Below, piece by piece: positions 1 to 8,628 of a stretch of DNA of 30,157 bases (position 1 is its first letter; each line of letters opens with the position of its first letter). The DNA lies in the NCBI GenBank assembly GCA_036568185.1, contig DATCTB010000490.1, forward strand, positions 1 through 30,157, read 5' to 3'. Source of the DNA: Bacteroidales bacterium (lineage in GTDB: Bacteria; Bacteroidota; Bacteroidia; Bacteroidales; F082). Under the pieces are notes generated by a model. That model searched no databases and was not told where the DNA came from. It worked only from the letters and a program-made list of their open reading frames with translations. The translations under genes and the position numbers were made by a program.

Positions 1-1598
1 TCGCCCCAATACCCAATATAAGACCATGGATCATCTGGGTCAGGGCTTTCCCAATCAATGCCATTGCGCATAATTCGGTAAGGGTTGTAACCATCAGCTG
101 TGCTTGCATTCACAAATTTGCTGATGATATTTTCGATAAAATCAGGATACGAAAGACATAGCGCCTCCCAATTCTGAAAGATATCGCGCCAATTACCCTG
201 GAAATCTAACTTCGGGCTACCATCATGATTTTTATTTTCTATCGAGAATTGGTTCCAGGGACGGCTTGGGTCTCCATGCCTGCGGCTAAAAGTTAATGGC
301 AAATATTCATAGCAAATTCGTGTAAAATATGAATTGCCGATTTTTTCTGCTTGCTGAATTAATTCTGTATTAGAAACTTTCTTTGGTAACGAATTAAGAA
401 TTGATGCGAACTTTTTGCTGATTTTTTTATTTGCAAGATTTACAAATTCTATAAAATCATTTGCGTCAATCGAATAGTTGTTAACATAAATACCCCCGCG
501 CATCACATTAAACAGGGTGTTGGAATAATGTCGTGCAGAGCAAAGCTCTTCGTTACTGTGTTGCAGCCCGTCAGCAGCAGCAGCAATTTTTATAAGCCGA
601 GCAGTTCCTTTTTTGACGTCATCTTCAACCACTGTTATCAATGATTTATTTCCTTGAAGTAACCTATTCAGGTTGGCTGCATCAGTTGTATTTTGGTTTA
701 CTTCAGCTACAATAATCCATTCCTGGGGTCGACGTGGTTTGAGCTTAAAACTGGTATTTATAAAATATGCCCCTCTTGTTGCTCTAATATCGATTTCGGT
801 TTGAACGGCCTGCCCATTTTTAAAATTTTCGATTTGCCGCATTGAAAGCAGGATCTTTTTCCTGGAGAGGCCGGCTGACCAAACTGTAGTTGCATTTAAT
901 GATTCACTTGGTTCTGCACGATCAACAGGGATTGAACTGAGCGTGAAAACGCCAAGTCCGGTATCTTCAATTAGCTCATTTTTTTTATACCCATCAAGCA
1001 GGTTACTGTATTCATTTTGAAAGTTGTAATCAAGTCCGGCAGGCAGAATATTATTTATTCCGTCTAACACTTCAACGCTAATTTCTTCTGGATTCAGATT
1101 TGTTACAATTGATTTTTTTACAAATCCATATTGTTCGCTAAAATTCCAGCCATATTGGAAACCAAATCCTAATTCGGCGTTTATCTCTTCAAAAATGATT
1201 TTGTTTCCATAAATACTTTTGTAGAGGTTTCTTTCAATTTTGTAAACATTGGCCAACTCTTTCGAAAAAGGTTCCCACAAAAAAGTCTTTCCTGATTTTT
1301 CAACCAGGATTGTGGTTTTGCTTCCAGTTATGTTGTAGTAATCGTTTATTTTATCATCGGTATAATATGGAAACAATGCGTTGTTCTTGTCCTTTCTTCC
1401 AGCAGAAAGTGAGCCATTGCTTGAGATGAACATCCAATGATCAGAGTCGCTGACAATGGTCATAAAAAAGTCAGGCATTAGGTGATAGTTTTTGATTTTG
1501 TAAAACTTTTCATTCTGAATATTTACAAAATCTCCTTCAACCTTGGCTTTGCCGGACTTAAGGAGTGCGTCACCCAAAAATATATTCTTCTTTTTCAT
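1..1598 (-). CDS. GH149-like beta-1,3-glucan phosphorylase, N-terminal ~532 aa (truncated by the window edge)
   Basis: My translation from ATG at 1598 starts MKKKNIFLGDALLKSG and stays open to base 1. It contains DHWMFISSNGSLSAGR, FSRRHGDPSRPWNQF, GNWRDIFQNWEAL and DPDDPWSYIGYWG, motifs I recognise from GH149 (GH94-related) proteins. No signal peptide is visible. Confidence 0.8.
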   Translation of the reverse strand, partial: MKKKNIFLGDALLKSGKAKVEGDFVNIQNEKFYKIKNYHLMPDFFMTIVSDSDHWMFISSNGSLSAGRKDKNNALFPYYTDDKINDYYNITGSKTTILVEKSGKTFLWEPFSKELANVYKIERNLYKSIYGNKIIFEEINAELGFGFQYGWNFSEQYGFVKKSIVTNLNPEEISVEVLDGINNILPAGLDYNFQNEYSNLLDGYKKNELIEDTGLGVFTLSSIPVDRAEPSESLNATTVWSAGLSRKKILLSMRQIENFKNGQAVQTEIDIRATRGAYFINTSFKLKPRRPQEWIIVAEVNQNTTDAANLNRLLQGNKSLITVVEDDVKKGTARLIKIAAAADGLQHSNEELCSARHYSNTLFNVMRGGIYVNNYSIDANDFIEFVNLANKKISKKFASILNSLPKKVSNTELIQQAEKIGNSYFTRICYEYLPLTFSRRHGDPSRPWNQFSIENKNHDGSPKLDFQGNWRDIFQNWEALCLSYPDFIENIISKFVNASTADGYNPYRIMRNGIDWESPDPDDPWSYIGYWG

Positions 1599-1729
1599 GT
1601 TAAATAATTAATACCAAAAAATGAATCTGATTCAGGGTACTTTTTAATATTATTCAATTCTGCAGATTGATTTCGCCACGAGCGAAGGCTGGCTAACAGT
1701 CCAACCCGGTTCAATTGTTTTAATTCTTT

Positions 1730-2566
1730 TTAATTCAACTTCTGATAAATCCTTACATAATCTACCTCCATAGTCTGTGGAAATACTGATTCGTCTATCC
1801 CTTGAAGACTTCCCCAGGCTCCGCCGACAGCGAGGTTTAAAATGAGATAAAAAGGTTTATCATACGGCCATTTCGACTCTCCAAGGCCTTCATTTTGGTA
1901 TTCAAAAAAAAGGCTGTCGTTAACATATGCTTTCAATACTTCTGGGGTCCAATCTAAACTATAGGAGTGAAATTCCTGGTTAACCTCAGGGACAGAAATG
2001 ATGGCTGTTTGTTGTGTTTGCTTTTGCCATTGGTAATCTTTTGAATGAGCTGAAGCATGGATTACGCCCAAATCATGTCCAACATGTTCCATGATATCTA
2101 TTTCTCCAACATCAGGCCAGTTGCCATCACTATAAGACCATCCTCCGGGCATCATCCAGATGGCTGACCAGGTTCCTCGGCCATCAGGCAATTTGGCATT
2201 TACTTCAATTTTTCCATATTTCCAATCGGCTTTTGAAATCAACCTTGCTGAGCTATATTCTTTGTTTCCAATGTTCTCCTTATAAGCGACGATATATAAT
2301 TTCCCATTCTTTACATAAGCATTTTTTTCAATAGCTTCCGTGTAATATTGCGCTTCATTATTTCCCCATCCATCTTCGTTGCCTTCCGTGTCATATTTCC
2401 ACTTTGCGGAATCAGGCAATCCATTGTAATCGAATTCATCAGACCAGACTAATTTATATGCATCTTTACCAGGAGTGATCACTTTTTTATCAGAACCTCT
2501 GTTGCTGAATGTATCACAACTAGTGGCCAGTAAAAAGGAAATCATACTGATGAAAATGTATTTCAT
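1730..2566 (-). CDS. GH16 endo-beta-1,3-glucanase (laminarinase type), lipoprotein
   Basis: Lipobox LATSC; WSDEFD, GWGNNEAQYY, catalytic WPDVGEIDIMEHVG, LNLAVGGAWG, MEVDYVRIYQ. Confidence 0.92.
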   Translation of the reverse strand: MKYIFISMISFLLATSCDTFSNRGSDKKVITPGKDAYKLVWSDEFDYNGLPDSAKWKYDTEGNEDGWGNNEAQYYTEAIEKNAYVKNGKLYIVAYKENIGNKEYSSARLISKADWKYGKIEVNAKLPDGRGTWSAIWMMPGGWSYSDGNWPDVGEIDIMEHVGHDLGVIHASAHSKDYQWQKQTQQTAIISVPEVNQEFHSYSLDWTPEVLKAYVNDSLFFEYQNEGLGESKWPYDKPFYLILNLAVGGAWGSLQGIDESVFPQTMEVDYVRIYQKLN

Positions 2567-2617
2567 GGCTTCAATGAGTTCGTTACTTTAGTTACTAAAA
2601 ACTGACTGCTGATTGAA

Positions 2618-3949
2618 TTAATCCTGATATACACGCACCCAATCAACTACTAATGTTTGCGGGAATTCAGTAGTTCCATCAGGTGGGCCAGGCCAGTTTC
2701 CACCTACAGCCAGGTTCATAATGATGAAGAAGTTGTTTTGGAATTCACTCAACGCAACAGGAGTAATATCTGACGAGAAAAACTGGACATTATCTACATA
2801 AGCCCTTATTTGTTGATTATCCCAAACTACTGAAAAAATATGAAATTCATCTGCGAAAATCCCTGATGACAAGGTATAGCTCTCGCCATAATCAGCATTT
2901 TCCCCGTTGTTGTCCCAATGAAGTGTAGAGTAAACAGTTTTATCCCCATTAACACCACCAACCATTTCCATAATATCTATTTCGCCACATGCAGGCCAGC
3001 CAACGGAACCAAAATTGGCTCCGAGCATCCAAAATGCCGGCCACATTCCTTGTCCATAAGGCAATTTCATTTTGGCTTCAATTCTTCCGTATTTAAAATC
3101 AAATTTATTTTGCGTTGTGATTCGTGCTGATGTATAATTATACCCGCTAACAGTTTCTTCCCTTGCAGTTATTGTCAGAACACCATTATCAACCATGGCG
3201 TTACTTTCACTATCTGTATAATATTGGAGCTCATTGTTGCCCCAACCGCCACCTCCGGTCTCCATATTCCATTTCGCAGGATCAGGAAGTCCGGTATAAT
3301 TAAATTCATCAGACCAGATGAGTGTTGGGTCATAATCAGGGTCATCTTGTGTGATGCTTACCATTTGGGTATCGGAAAAATCCAGATCACCCTTTGATAC
3401 TATAAGTTCTATCTTGTAATCACCTGCAAAGGGAAAATATGCTTCATGAATTTTTTGATTCTCAACTTCTAAATTTCGGTATTTCCATTTGAATGAATCG
3501 TATTGGCCTGTTGAAGTATTTGTTAAAATGACAATATTTGGATTATCAGGGTCTATTTCAGCAGTAAATGAAACAGATACACTTAAGTCATTTTGGGCAA
3601 TATTGATGGTTTGAGTCTGCGTTTCATTCTCCCCGTAATAGTTAGTTAATCGCAATGAAACATCGTATGTTCCAGCCAAAGGATAATAAATTGTAAAACT
3701 TTCTTTTTGGTCAGTAGTTGTTTCTGTAATACCATTACCAAAATCCCATGTCATGAAATAATACTCTCCTGATGAAGTATTCACAAATTTTACATGATTG
3801 TCATCGATAAATGAATAGCTGAAACCGGGGGTAAATTCAGGGGCTTCATTTTTATTGCATCCTGATTGGACAAATAAAAAAGACATGATTAGGATTACCA
3901 GTAAATAGTTATAATTTCTTCTGGCTTTAATATTATTTTTCTGTTTCAT
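2618..3949 (-). CDS. PKD-PKD-GH16 endo-beta-1,3-glucanase, lipoprotein
   Basis: Lipobox VQSGC; two PKD-like repeats (WDFGNG...YPLAGTYDVSL; FPFAGDYKIEL); GH16 WPACGEIDIMEMVG and MNLAVGGNWPG. Confidence 0.92.
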   Translation of the reverse strand: MKQKNNIKARRNYNYLLVILIMSFLFVQSGCNKNEAPEFTPGFSYSFIDDNHVKFVNTSSGEYYFMTWDFGNGITETTTDQKESFTIYYPLAGTYDVSLRLTNYYGENETQTQTINIAQNDLSVSVSFTAEIDPDNPNIVILTNTSTGQYDSFKWKYRNLEVENQKIHEAYFPFAGDYKIELIVSKGDLDFSDTQMVSITQDDPDYDPTLIWSDEFNYTGLPDPAKWNMETGGGGWGNNELQYYTDSESNAMVDNGVLTITAREETVSGYNYTSARITTQNKFDFKYGRIEAKMKLPYGQGMWPAFWMLGANFGSVGWPACGEIDIMEMVGGVNGDKTVYSTLHWDNNGENADYGESYTLSSGIFADEFHIFSVVWDNQQIRAYVDNVQFFSSDITPVALSEFQNNFFIIMNLAVGGNWPGPPDGTTEFPQTLVVDWVRVYQD

Positions 3950-3992
3950 ATTCTTGTTTTTTGCACCCTGAGATGCTTTGTAAATAATTTCT

Positions 3993-4046
3993 AAAAAATA
4001 AAAAACGCTGAAATAAGGGTTAAAATAACCCCTATTTGCAGCGTTT
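3993..4046 (-). terminator. Intra-PUL intrinsic terminator-like hairpin
   Basis: Arms 4003-4022 (aaacgctgaaataagggtta) and 4026-4046 (taacccctatttgcagcgttt) pair with one mismatch and one bulge. On the minus strand the hairpin is followed by a U-rich run (forward A-run 3993-4005). Confidence 0.7.
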
Positions 4047-4090
4047 AATAACTAATTAATATCAACCATATTCATAAACTAAACTTTATT

Positions 4091-5029
4091 TTAAGGCACT
4101 GGTTTCACATTTGTAAAAGTATGATACCATGCAAAAAGTGGTTCATTGGCCTGAACCATGCGTACTTTTAAGAGGTTATCAGTAACCTCAATAATTTCAT
4201 ATTCGCTTGAACCAGCATAAAAACCCATAAATCCACCATCTGAGAAATTGATGGTTGTGCCCCTGTATCCACCATCTATTGTGGCAATTGAAGAAGACGG
4301 GCTAAAGTTTGCATTTTTAATACCTGCAATATCAAATGGGTAGCTGCCTTCCGCGCCTAAACCAAATTCTTCGGCATAAATTCCCTGTATAAATGCTTCA
4401 CCGCTAGGGTTTTTTTGTTCGAATTTCATGTTTCCATTATCATTGGTGAAGACTAGCTCACACTGATAGAGTGTAGATTCTATTTTCTCCCATGGAGCTG
4501 CCTGATACCATGCCGGCCATGTCCATGAACCTGGCTCATAATCATAATTATTAGGCCCTAAACCGAGATGTCCGGTTTGATCAGCTGCCCAGTACCATGA
4601 TTTTGATGTTCCACCTGTTAAAAACAGGAATGCTTCTTCATCGGAAAAACTACTGTATACTTCGATTTGTGCAGATTTGCTTGAGGAAATTCCACCTGTT
4701 CCAACTGCAAACACGGTTACGGTGAACGCATTTAGGCCATTTACCGAAAACACGTGAGTTGTAGTACCATCAGCAGCTATCTGGTTATCTTTTCCATCTC
4801 CAAATTCGAAATTGAATGTGATGGCATTATCTGCCGTTGCGGTAAAATTTACCTGGCCACTGCCGTCTCCATTTGGATTTGCTTCATCAGCACCAACTAT
4901 TTCATAAGATAGCGTTACGTTAGTGGGTGAAATTAATGCACCCATTTCGTAGTTATCTTTCTGGCAACCAGTAGTTGCTGTTAGCATTCCAATAGAAATA
5001 ATTAAAATATATTTTATACTTTTCATCAT
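4091..5029 (-). CDS. PKD-domain surface lipoprotein, putative glycan-binding protein (SGBP)
   Basis: Lipobox ATTGC followed by QKDNYE; PKD motif FEFGDG; Trp-rich C-terminal domain (SWYWAA..GHLGLGP, WTWPAWYQAAPWE, AWYHTF); no GH catalytic motif seen; lies downstream of susD. Confidence 0.75.
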   Translation of the reverse strand: MMKSIKYILIISIGMLTATTGCQKDNYEMGALISPTNVTLSYEIVGADEANPNGDGSGQVNFTATADNAITFNFEFGDGKDNQIAADGTTTHVFSVNGLNAFTVTVFAVGTGGISSSKSAQIEVYSSFSDEEAFLFLTGGTSKSWYWAADQTGHLGLGPNNYDYEPGSWTWPAWYQAAPWEKIESTLYQCELVFTNDNGNMKFEQKNPSGEAFIQGIYAEEFGLGAEGSYPFDIAGIKNANFSPSSSIATIDGGYRGTTINFSDGGFMGFYAGSSEYEIIEVTDNLLKVRMVQANEPLFAWYHTFTNVKPVP

Positions 5030-5040
5030 CTATATAATTT

Positions 5041-7116
5041 TTAATTTTTAACAAGTATAAATCTCCACCATCCGCCTCCTATATCAATATCAAGTGTCAT
5101 TTCTGAATTGTCATCCGAGAGCGTTATTAGATAGGTAATTGAAGGTGGAGCATCATCCGGTGTTGTAAGCTCACCTCCATTATATGCTTTTGGAATACCA
5201 AGATAAGAACCTGTTCCATTAAGTGTTACAGTACCTGCACCTTCATCAAAGGAATAAGTGGCCGGTATGGAACCGTCATGAGGCGCAACCGGTGTTCCGC
5301 AGGCATCGCTGCCACCCTGCCATCCTTCAATCCATGATTCGCTTTCCAGCACATTGCTGAATGAACCATCGGCACCAAAAACATAAAGATCATCATAGAA
5401 ACAATCTCTTAACAAAACACCGGCTTCGTCTATTGACCACCATGAAATATCTCCAAGTGCAGGGCCTACTCCAAGCGATCCAGCGATTGGAGCTACTTGC
5501 CATGTCCCTTCTAAAGGGGAAGGAGCAACAGCACCATCTCTAACCAGTATAAATCTCCACCATCCGCCGCCAATATTAATATCAACGGTCATTTCGGAAT
5601 CGTCGTCAGAAAATGTTATAAGATATGTAATGGAAGGTGGAGCATCATCTGGTGTTGTTAGTTCACCCCCGTTATATGCTTTTGGAATACCAAGATAAGA
5701 ACCTGTTCCATTAAGTGTTACAGTACCTGCACTTGCATCGTAGGTATAAGTAGCAGGATTAGATCCATCATGGGGTGCAACAGGTGTTCCGCAGGCATCG
5801 CTGCCACCTTGCCATCCTTCTATCCATGTTTCAGCTTCCAATACATTCGTAAACGAACCATCGGCACCAAACACATAGCGATCATCAAAATAACAATCCC
5901 TTAGTATGACACCGGCCTCGTCTATCGACCACCATGAAATGTCACCTTGTGCCGGACCTACGCCAAGTGAACCTGCAACCGGTGCTACTTTCCATGTTCC
6001 TGCTATTCCCGGGCTAGCTGAACCTGTAACTTGTTTTATATCATCAAAATAGTAAACTGAGCCATCGCCAGGATTACCAAAATCGAAGAATATTACTATT
6101 TTCTGATAGGTATTATTCACATCAATTGCGGAGAAATTAAAAGTCAACTCCTCCCATTCATTACTTACAGTTGTTAATGCGTCAACTTCCATTGCTATGT
6201 CGCTATTGTCAAGGTTTTCCACCTTTAACTTAACTGTTGCACCTGATTTAGGTGACCAGGTTTTTACTTTAAAAACTTTTTTAGCTGAGAAATCAATAGG
6301 ATTTCCAAGGGTTAAAAAGCTACCTCCCCAAACTTCAGCACCAGTAGGTTTGACAGATTGGGCAACTCTTGAACTTTGGTTAATTCCCGAGATATCAGGA
6401 TTGTCAATAACCGAAGAAGTTACGCTTCCGAAATCGGTGAACGCGTAATTTACTGTGAATGATTCAAAAGTTATTGGCAATAGAACTGGATCGGAAGCCG
6501 CTGTGATAGTGATTGTTTCACTGTATTCGGTTGTTTCTGCTCCGGCACTTTTTGCCACAACTTTTATTACATAATCGCCTGCTTCAGCATAAGTGTGCTG
6601 GACAACTTCGTCAGGTAAAGCATGCGCAGGTTCTTCATCAGGAACATCACCAAAATAAATATCCATTATTGTAGCATAATCAGCATATGCAGAAACGGAA
6701 ATGATTTTAGGATTTGTAGCATCTTGTTCAATAGTAACAACAAGGTTTTCAGGTGCTTTGAAAGTGATATTAATGTCTTTGTCAACCGAAGCTGTAAGCC
6801 CTGTAATACCTACAGCAGTTATGCCAACGGTATAGACTCCTTCAGTGTAAACATGTGTAATACTTTCGTTTAAACCATAAACAGTGGGTGTTTCATCCAG
6901 AACATCGCCAAAAGTGATTTTATACTGTGTTACTCCTTCTGCTGTTGGATAAATTGTAACAAGCCCTGAATTATCCTGTGTAACATCAAAGGTTGCATTC
7001 ACATTGGCAGGGGCGCTTACATTGTCCAATTCACTCAGATTATCTACATTCTTATTGCAAGAAATTGCAAATAATAGGATGAACAGAAATACGCTTATTT
7101 TTTTCAATTGATTCAT
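5041..7116 (-). CDS. Multimodular surface lipoprotein (SGBP-B/SusE-positioned): PKD x2, CBM-like beta-sandwich, two near-identical Trp-rich domains
   Basis: Lipobox FAISC; ITFGD and IYFGD PKD motifs; LPITFES...WEELTFNF...YYFDDI CBM-like module; duplicated 155-aa C-terminal domain; directly follows susD. Confidence 0.8.
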   Translation of the reverse strand: MNQLKKISVFLFILLFAISCNKNVDNLSELDNVSAPANVNATFDVTQDNSGLVTIYPTAEGVTQYKITFGDVLDETPTVYGLNESITHVYTEGVYTVGITAVGITGLTASVDKDINITFKAPENLVVTIEQDATNPKIISVSAYADYATIMDIYFGDVPDEEPAHALPDEVVQHTYAEAGDYVIKVVAKSAGAETTEYSETITITAASDPVLLPITFESFTVNYAFTDFGSVTSSVIDNPDISGINQSSRVAQSVKPTGAEVWGGSFLTLGNPIDFSAKKVFKVKTWSPKSGATVKLKVENLDNSDIAMEVDALTTVSNEWEELTFNFSAIDVNNTYQKIVIFFDFGNPGDGSVYYFDDIKQVTGSASPGIAGTWKVAPVAGSLGVGPAQGDISWWSIDEAGVILRDCYFDDRYVFGADGSFTNVLEAETWIEGWQGGSDACGTPVAPHDGSNPATYTYDASAGTVTLNGTGSYLGIPKAYNGGELTTPDDAPPSITYLITFSDDDSEMTVDINIGGGWWRFILVRDGAVAPSPLEGTWQVAPIAGSLGVGPALGDISWWSIDEAGVLLRDCFYDDLYVFGADGSFSNVLESESWIEGWQGGSDACGTPVAPHDGSIPATYSFDEGAGTVTLNGTGSYLGIPKAYNGGELTTPDDAPPSITYLITLSDDNSEMTLDIDIGGGWWRFILVKN
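5049..6002 (-). repeat. Intragenic tandem duplication, 492-bp period (copies ~5049-5510 and ~5541-6002)
   Basis: Protein copies differ at 21 of 155 residues by my manual alignment. 5180-5240 is identical to 5672-5732 (61 nt). Confidence 0.95.
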
Positions 7117-7134
7117 CTTTAATTATATTTTGGA

Positions 7135-8628
7135 TTAATAATTAGGATTTTGAGTCCAGTTTCCGGCAGAAAAATCAATTTCTTCCAATGGTACCGGAAA
7201 AACTTCATTTTTACCTGCAACAAATCCATCAATTTGGTTAGCTGCTCTGCCAGTCCTCACCAGGTCAAAGAAATGAATTCCTTCACCCATCAATTCAACC
7301 CTACGTTCATGATAAATTGCATCGGTAAGTGCAGCGCCTGTTAAAGTAACATCATGATTTGAATCTCCAAACGCTCTTCTTCTTACTTCGTTAAGATATT
7401 CCTGGGCTTTTGCATCTGAGATTCCTCCAACATTATACGCTTCAGCAGCCATCAGTAAAACATCAGAATACCTGATAGCCCTGTAATTATTTGGATTTGT
7501 CAAGTTCAAATCATTTTGCGCATTAGGACCTCTCTTACGTGGAATATACTTTCTGTTGAAATATCCTGTGTGCTCGTTACCAGTAGTATATTCTGCACCA
7601 GTAGTGTCAGCCCAGGTAACAATATCCAGGATAGTTACATTTTTGCGCTGATCGCCAGCTTCAAATTGATCAACTGCTTCCTGAACAGGGACGTTGAAGC
7701 TAAAACCAGGCGAAAATAAGGGGCCTGTATAACCTCTAACACCGCTAAAGCCAACTGCTACATTTCCTTCGCTACATTGCAGGCAGCCAAATCCGGCACC
7801 TTCAGCTTCAGAATACTGTACTTCGAAAACAGAGCCTGGCCCGTTCTCACCTTCCTGTTCAAAAATTGAGTTGTAATCTGAAACCAGGTAATAAGAGCCA
7901 GAGCTTATTACCTCATCAAGAGCATTTGCAGCTTCTGCATATTTTTTCTGGTATAAATAAGCTTTTCCCAGCAAAGCCAACGCAGCTCCTCTTGTTGCTC
8001 TGCCAGCTTCGGTTTGTGTTTCGGGCAATAATTCAGCGGCAAGGATTAAATCTTGTTCTATAAATGCATAAACCTCAGGTACCGAATATCTTGGAATTGT
8101 TTTTTCGTCACCCAGCTGAAATCTTTCATTATTTTTAATCGGAATCGGGCCAAACCATTTTACTAGTTCAAAGTTGTAATAAGCACGCAGGAACCTTACT
8201 TCACCAATCATTTGGTCTTTTCCTTCGAAATCTATTTTATCCCTGAATTCCATAAAATAGTTAGTGCGCTGTACACCGGCAAACATCCAGTTCCAAATAT
8301 CACTGAGGTTACTGTTTGTAGGTGTTTGTGTCATATCATCAACTTGTTGCCACCCGATTACATCCGTAGGGCTTTCGCCGCCACATAATGTATTGTTTGA
8401 AGCAATTTCGCCAAGTATTACATTTTGGTAACTTGACTGCAACATATCGTAAGATGCAACAAGCGCCATATAATAATCAGATTCTGAGTTGAAATAATTT
8501 TCCGAGTCAATAGAATACTCCGGGGAAAGTTCGGTAAAGTTGCTGCAGGAAAATGTAAACAGTAAAACTGTAATAAATACTGCAATTTTCGATTTTTGTA
8601 ACATATCTTTTTTCATTTTTCTTTTCAT
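7135..8628 (-). CDS. susD: SusD/RagB family glycan-binding lipoprotein
   Basis: Lipobox FTFSC; GEVRFLRAYYNFELVKWFG, IRYSDVLLMAAEA, ERRVELMGEG..FFDLVR, WTQNPNY. The start is probably 8628 (overlapping the susC stop) or 8616/8604, not 8655. Confidence 0.95.
   Translation of the reverse strand: MKRKMKKDMLQKSKIAVFITVLLFTFSCSNFTELSPEYSIDSENYFNSESDYYMALVASYDMLQSSYQNVILGEIASNNTLCGGESPTDVIGWQQVDDMTQTPTNSNLSDIWNWMFAGVQRTNYFMEFRDKIDFEGKDQMIGEVRFLRAYYNFELVKWFGPIPIKNNERFQLGDEKTIPRYSVPEVYAFIEQDLILAAELLPETQTEAGRATRGAALALLGKAYLYQKKYAEAANALDEVISSGSYYLVSDYNSIFEQEGENGPGSVFEVQYSEAEGAGFGCLQCSEGNVAVGFSGVRGYTGPLFSPGFSFNVPVQEAVDQFEAGDQRKNVTILDIVTWADTTGAEYTTGNEHTGYFNRKYIPRKRGPNAQNDLNLTNPNNYRAIRYSDVLLMAAEAYNVGGISDAKAQEYLNEVRRRAFGDSNHDVTLTGAALTDAIYHERRVELMGEGIHFFDLVRTGRAANQIDGFVAGKNEVFPVPLEEIDFSAGNWTQNPNY

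Noticed and set aside
1622-1634. Palindrome TGAATC-T-GATTCA upstream of the GH149-like gene
   Set aside because: A single 6-bp-arm palindrome in AT-rich DNA with no second copy seen; compatible with chance.
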